The position numbers and the translations under genes were made by a program. A stretch of 44,206 nt of DNA from an uncultured Muribaculaceae bacterium (GTDB lineage Bacteria > Bacillota_I > Bacilli_A > RF39 > UBA660), in assembly GCA_964454255.1 (NCBI GenBank), contig CAYVSY010000002.1:1-44206 (forward strand). Direction: 5' to 3'. A model generated the notes under the pieces. It ran no database searches. It saw only the letters and a program-made list of their open reading frames with translations, and was not told where the DNA came from. Below, piece by piece: positions 40,178 through 44,206 of the stretch; position 1 is the stretch's first letter; each line of letters opens with the position of its first letter.

Positions 40178-40206
40178 TTGACAAATATCATTTTTTTTAA
40201 TATAAT
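40178..40206 (+). promoter_or_regulatory. consensus sigma-A type promoter of gpsB
   Basis: TTGACA (40178..40183), 17-nt spacer, TATAAT (40201..40206). Confidence 0.6.
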
Positions 40207-40227
40207 AATGTTGATGAGGTGAATAAG

Positions 40228-40551
40228 ATGTATCAGGATAGAATAACTTTAACGGCTAGGGATATATTAGAAAAGGAATTTAAAATAGATACTAGAGGAT
40301 ATAGATTACAAGAAGTTGATAAATTTTTAGATATGGTTATTAAAGACTATAATGAATATAATCTTATTTTAAAATCACTTGAAAGAGAGAAAAATTTTCT
40401 AGTAGAAGAAAACAAACAACTTAAACAAGAAGTTCATAATATGAAAATGAATATTGAAGCAGCTAAGTTAGGTCAAAAAGAAATAACTAATGTTGATTTA
40501 TTAAGAAGAATATCTCAACTTGAAAAAATTATTTTAGGAAATGATTCATAA
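40228..40551 (+). CDS. gpsB: DivIVA-domain cell-cycle protein GpsB
   Basis: LTARDILEKEFKIDTRGYRLQEVDKFLDMVIKDY followed by a coiled coil, about 107 aa. GAGGTGA RBS precedes the ATG at 40228. rnpB lies immediately downstream, as in B. subtilis. Confidence 0.8.
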   Translation: MYQDRITLTARDILEKEFKIDTRGYRLQEVDKFLDMVIKDYNEYNLILKSLEREKNFLVEENKQLKQEVHNMKMNIEAAKLGQKEITNVDLLRRISQLEKIILGNDS

Positions 40552-40895
40552 TATGTCAAGATAAACGCTATATATTAGTATATAGAGGAAAGTCCACGCT
40601 CGCACTATCTGAGATGATAGTAGTGTTTGTGTTTAGGGAAAAAATAACCTAAAGACGCTTTTAGCGGACGGCATTTTTTATTCTAAGGGAAACTATGAAT
40701 AAAAAATATAAAGTGCCACAGTGACGAATTTATTTGGAAACGAATAAAATGAAACGAGGTAAACCCCACAAGCGAGAAACTCAAATTTTGGTAGAGGAAC
40801 TGTAGAGAGAGAATTGAATTTCAATACGGATGATTAGTCATAGATAAATGTTTATCCCCAGTGATGGGACAGAACGTGGCTTATATGATATATTT
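40552..40895 (+). ncRNA. rnpB: RNase P RNA, bacterial type B (compact)
   Basis: GAGGAAAGTCCACGCTCGCAC, AAAGTGCCACAGTGACGAA, GGTAAACCCCACAAGCGAGAAACTCAAATTTTGGTAGAGGAAC and GGGACAGAACGTGGCTTA are collinear with B. subtilis rnpB. The ends are approximate. Confidence 0.9.
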
Positions 40896-40916
40896 TTATT
40901 TGAAAGAGGTAAAATA

Positions 40917-41384
40917 ATGAAAGAAATTGGCGAACAGTTAAAGAACAAGAGAGAAGAAAATGGCGTTTCTGTTGATGAGGCCGCCGAGGATCTGAAATTA
41001 CGCCCTATACAAATCACTAATTTAGAGAATGGCAATATGGAATATTTTAAAGATATTTTATCTTTGAAATACTTTATAAGGGATTATGCAAAATATTTGG
41101 GTGTGGATTTTGAAAAATTGCTTGATCAATTTAATGAATTTTTATTTGATTATACTTCTAAGATTCCAACAGAAGAAATTGAAAGAGCTAAATTAGAACA
41201 ATTTAAAAATAAAACACCAAAAGAAATTTCTTCTCCATATACAATCGAAAGAAAAACTTCGTTTAATATTCCAAAATATGTAATAATACTAATTTTAATG
41301 ATTGCATGTTTGATTGGTTTTATCATATTGAATAATAATGAAAAAGAAAATACAACAATTACTTACAACATTGAAAAGAGGTAA
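40917..41384 (+). CDS. rodZ: RodZ-like HTH membrane protein
   Basis: MKEIGEQLKNKREENGVSVDEAAEDLKLRPIQITNLENGN (HTH) plus a single TM near the C-terminus. Sits in the ymfM position upstream of pgsA. The track ORF is extended into rnpB. Confidence 0.7.
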   Translation: MKEIGEQLKNKREENGVSVDEAAEDLKLRPIQITNLENGNMEYFKDILSLKYFIRDYAKYLGVDFEKLLDQFNEFLFDYTSKIPTEEIERAKLEQFKNKTPKEISSPYTIERKTSFNIPKYVIILILMIACLIGFIILNNNEKENTTITYNIEKR

Positions 41385-41387
41385 AAA

Positions 41388-41981
41388 ATGAATACAGCTA
41401 ATAAACTTACCGTTTCCAGAATAATAATGAGCGTTATAATTGTGATTATTTTATTATTTCCATTTTATCAATTTGGATTAGATATTCCGATGGTTTTGGT
41501 TAATGGCAATATTTATATGGATATTAGATATTTAATATGCGGGGTAATATTTGTGATTGCGGCTATTACTGATTATTTCGATGGTTATATTGCTAGGAAA
41601 AATAAGACGGTTACGGATTTTGGTAAAACATTTGATGCCATTGCGGATAAATTATTGACGAATCCTTTACTTATTATATTAGCTTGTGGTAATATGATTA
41701 GTCCTATTATTGCGGTTGTCTTAATAACACGTGATATAATAACAGATGCTTTAAAATTGAGCATGGGAGTTAAAATTGGGGCTGTGGGTGCAATTAAATT
41801 AGCTAAATGGAAAACAGCTATATTGATGATAGGTATTTCCTTAACTATGTTTTATAATTTACCATTTTCATTATTTAATTTACAAATTTCTGATTTTTTA
41901 TTAATTATTGCGACTATTTTATCAATCATATCAGGAATTAAGTATTATAATATGTATAAAAAAACTATTGTAGAAAAATAA
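41388..41981 (+). CDS. pgsA: CDP-diacylglycerol--glycerol-3-phosphate 3-phosphatidyltransferase
   Basis: ANKLTVSRI, DYFDGYIARKNKTVTDFGKTFDAIADKL (CDP-alcohol transferase motif). Confidence 0.9.
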   Translation: MNTANKLTVSRIIMSVIIVIILLFPFYQFGLDIPMVLVNGNIYMDIRYLICGVIFVIAAITDYFDGYIARKNKTVTDFGKTFDAIADKLLTNPLLIILACGNMISPIIAVVLITRDIITDALKLSMGVKIGAVGAIKLAKWKTAILMIGISLTMFYNLPFSLFNLQISDFLLIIATILSIISGIKYYNMYKKTIVEK

Positions 41982-42060
41982 ATATGAATATAGTTTAATT
42001 AAAATTATATTCTTTTTTTATTCAATAAAATAAATACTGTTCTGTTTTTTTTACAAAAAA

Positions 42061-42076
42061 GCAAACAAAAGTTTGC
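42061..42076. promoter_or_regulatory. perfect palindrome GCAAAC-AAAA-GTTTGC upstream of recA (candidate operator or part of the pgsA terminator)
   Basis: Read directly from the sequence. It lies 8 nt upstream of a putative -35 (TTGCTT, 42085..42090), followed by a 17-nt spacer and TATACT (42108..42113). Confidence 0.35.
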
Positions 42077-42140
42077 AAAAAGTATTGCTTTTTTTAAAAA
42101 ACTATATTATACTAAGATTACTGTGAGAGAAGGAGAAAAA

Positions 42141-43208
42141 ATGACAAAAGAAAATGGCAAAGATGTTGCATTGCAACAAGTATTAGCAAATATTGAAAAA
42201 CAATTTGGAAAAGGTGCTATAATGCGTTTGGGAGAAAAAGAACATATGGAAATTGATATGAGTTCGAGCGGATCAATTTCAGTAGATATAGCTTTAGGTG
42301 GCGGATATCCAAAAGGGAGAATTATTGAAATTTTTGGACCTGAATCATCAGGAAAAACAACATTTGCTCTTCACGCTATTGCTGAAATTCAAAAAAATGG
42401 TGGAAAGGCTGCTTTTATTGATGCTGAACATTCATTAGATCCTATTTATGCATCAAAACTTGGTGTTAATATTAGTGAATTATTATTATCACAACCAGAT
42501 ACTGGTGAACAAGCGTTAGAAATTTGTGATGCTTTAGTTAAAAGTGAGGCCATTAGTATAATTGTAATTGATTCAGTTGCAGCTTTAGTTCCCCAAGCTG
42601 AAATAGAAGGCGAAATGGGTGACTCTCATGTCGGTTTACAAGCAAGACTTATGAGTCAAGCTTTAAGAAAATTATCTGGTTCAATTAGCAAAACAAATAC
42701 AATTGTAATATTTATTAATCAGTTAAGGGAAAAAGTTGGCGTTATGTTTGGAAATCCAGAAGTAACACCAGGCGGAAAAGCTTTAAAATATTATTCATCA
42801 ATTCGTTTGGATATTAGACGCGGCGAACAAATTAAAGTTGGGACTGATGTTATTGGTAATAAAACAAATGTTAAGGTTGTTAAAAACAAAGTAGCACCAC
42901 CATTTAGGATTGCCAATGTAGAAATTATGTATGGTGAAGGCGTTAGTAAAGAGGGTGAACTTGTTGATTTAGCTTCTGAAATAAATGTTTTAGAAAAAAC
43001 TGGTGCTTGGTATGCTTATAAAGGTGAAAAAATAGGTCAAGGAAAAGAAAACGCAAAACTATATTTAAAAGATCATAAAGATATTTTAGATGAAATAGAA
43101 ATGAAAGTAAGAGAACATTTTGATATTGTTTTAGGTGAAAAAAAAGAAGATAAAAAAAATAAAACAAAAGAAAAGTCAAATAATAAAAACGAAGAAAATA
43201 ATATTTAA
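42141..43208 (+). CDS. recA: recombinase RecA
   Basis: [68 protein letters not shown] precedes the ATG at 42141. Confidence 0.97.
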   Translation: MTKENGKDVALQQVLANIEKQFGKGAIMRLGEKEHMEIDMSSSGSISVDIALGGGYPKGRIIEIFGPESSGKTTFALHAIAEIQKNGGKAAFIDAEHSLDPIYASKLGVNISELLLSQPDTGEQALEICDALVKSEAISIIVIDSVAALVPQAEIEGEMGDSHVGLQARLMSQALRKLSGSISKTNTIVIFINQLREKVGVMFGNPEVTPGGKALKYYSSIRLDIRRGEQIKVGTDVIGNKTNVKVVKNKVAPPFRIANVEIMYGEGVSKEGELVDLASEINVLEKTGAWYAYKGEKIGQGKENAKLYLKDHKDILDEIEMKVREHFDIVLGEKKEDKKNKTKEKSNNKNEENNI

Positions 43209-43228
43209 AATATTGTTCTTCTTTTTTT
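43191..43228 (+). terminator. intrinsic terminator overlapping the recA stop
   Basis: GAAGAA(aat)AATATT-taa-AATATT(g)TTCTTC followed by T7. Confidence 0.55.
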
Positions 43229-43265
43229 ATTATGATATAATACAATTGAATAGGAAAGTGAAGAA

Positions 43266-44206
43266 ATGCTAAAAAAATTATTGAATAAAAATATTATGGT
43301 ATTAATATTAGAAATATTGATTATTGCAATCGGACTTATTGGAGTTACTTATGCCGTTGTTTTTACCACAAAATTAATTTCTGCTAATATTACCACTGCA
43401 CCCATTGATATTACTTGGACAGGTGATTCGGTTTTAGTTGGTAGTAATATTTTACCTATAAATGCTTCAGATATCTCTACAAAATCTATTTCTTCAACAT
43501 GCACTATAAAAGGTGTGGAAACTAATCCTAACAATGTTTATTATGATATTGTGCTTAGAAACATTGTGATAAGCAATAATTTAAAAAATGCTGATTTTAA
43601 ATGGCAATTATATAAAGGAGATACATTATTATCAAGTGGTAGTTTTTTAAACATTGGTGATTATAATAGAATTGTTTTAACACCACAAATTATTTCCTTA
43701 CCATTATATACGAGTGATGCTGATTCTTATACTATTCATATTTATATTGAAGAAACATCAGCCAATCAAAATATTTTATTAAATGGTTCTTTTAGAGCTG
43801 AAATGGGTGCTGATTTATATACTTCTAATGGCGGTTCTACAACTAGAAATACTAAAACAATAGAATCTATATATATGGATACTTCATTAGCTTCAGCACC
43901 TATATTAGCAAGTGGTATGATCCCTATTGTATATAATGAAACAAATCAAAATTGGGAGAAAGCCGATTACACTAATTATTTAACAAATTGGTATAATTAT
44001 GATAGTAAGATGTGGGCTAATGCAGTTCTAGTAACATCAGGAACAAGAGATACATATATGAACGCTAGTGTCGGAACAGCTATAACAGAATGTGATGTCC
44101 TAGCATATTATGTATGGATTCCAAGATATAAATATAAATTATGGAATACAGCATTCACAACATCATCACCACAAGAAATAGATATAGTATTTGAAAATAC
44201 AACCGA
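43266..44206 (+). CDS. hypothetical signal-anchored or secreted protein; 3' end runs off the window (not in the ORF track)
   Basis: ATG at 43266 behind GGAAAGTGA. I checked 313 codons in this frame by hand and found no stop to the window end. N-terminal MLKKLLNKNIMVLILEILIIAIGLIGV hydrophobic segment, and later ...MWANAVLVT...YYVWIPRYKYKLW. Confidence 0.6.
   Translation, partial: MLKKLLNKNIMVLILEILIIAIGLIGVTYAVVFTTKLISANITTAPIDITWTGDSVLVGSNILPINASDISTKSISSTCTIKGVETNPNNVYYDIVLRNIVISNNLKNADFKWQLYKGDTLLSSGSFLNIGDYNRIVLTPQIISLPLYTSDADSYTIHIYIEETSANQNILLNGSFRAEMGADLYTSNGGSTTRNTKTIESIYMDTSLASAPILASGMIPIVYNETNQNWEKADYTNYLTNWYNYDSKMWANAVLVTSGTRDTYMNASVGTAITECDVLAYYVWIPRYKYKLWNTAFTTSSPQEIDIVFENTT

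Noticed and set aside
40838-41035. ORF antisense to the 3' part of rnpB, and the 5' extension (40848..40916) of the rodZ-like ORF.
   Set aside because: Both overlap the RNase P RNA, whose conserved P4 strand (ACAGAACGTGGCTTA) lies here. The rodZ-like gene has a proper RBS and ATG at 40917.
43266-43350. Type IV (pre)pilin signal at the N-terminus of the terminal ORF (LILEILIIAIG).
   Set aside because: A Glu lies in a hydrophobic stretch, but there is no Gly at -1 and no G-F-T-L-x-E spacing, so it does not fit the class III signal-peptide consensus.

Overview
Very AT-rich chromosomal segment (by eye well under 30% G+C, not computed). It uses the standard code: Trp is TGG, and TGA terminates sufB and the S24 repressor. 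The source looks like an endospore-forming low-GC Bacillota, because cwlD and yunB are present and there are Bacilli/Erysipelotrichia-like synteny blocks (gdpP-like/rplI/dnaB, gpsB/rnpB, rodZ/pgsA/recA). All protein calls rest on motif recognition by eye; no searches were run.

Most of the window is housekeeping:
- Replication and repair: dnaB, ssb paralog, recA.
- Translation: rplI, rlmH, dusB, lysS, asnS, RNase P RNA.
- Cell wall: murF, murE, murC, two M23 peptidases, two Amidase_3 genes.
- Metabolism and Fe-S assembly: PFOR, Suf (sufCDSU ... sufB).
- Division and membrane: gpsB, rodZ-like, pgsA.

Accessory or unusual content:
1. An IS1182-like element with a 9-bp target duplication, inserted into the lysS terminator hairpin. 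Its transposase reading frame is broken twice.
2. A minus-strand operon of two VUT/YhhQ-type transporters plus PnuC, ending in a translationally coupled XRE-S24 repressor whose catalytic Lys reads Arg.
3. Two small membrane proteins (holin-like) apparently co-transcribed behind PFOR.
4. Two divergent orphan genes that split sufB from sufCDSU.
5. A tandem array of three SigA-like sigma-70 genes directly upstream of suf. The middle copy is broken in an A8 run.
6. A 313-codon ORF that is open at the window end and absent from the ORF track.

The orphan pair in suf (4) and the sigma array (5) are my best candidates for something undescribed, but I cannot assign a function to either. Several reading-frame breaks sit in A/T runs (A4 up to A8 on the coding strand), so assembly error must be excluded before any of them is interpreted biologically. 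No CRISPR array, tRNA or rRNA was seen.
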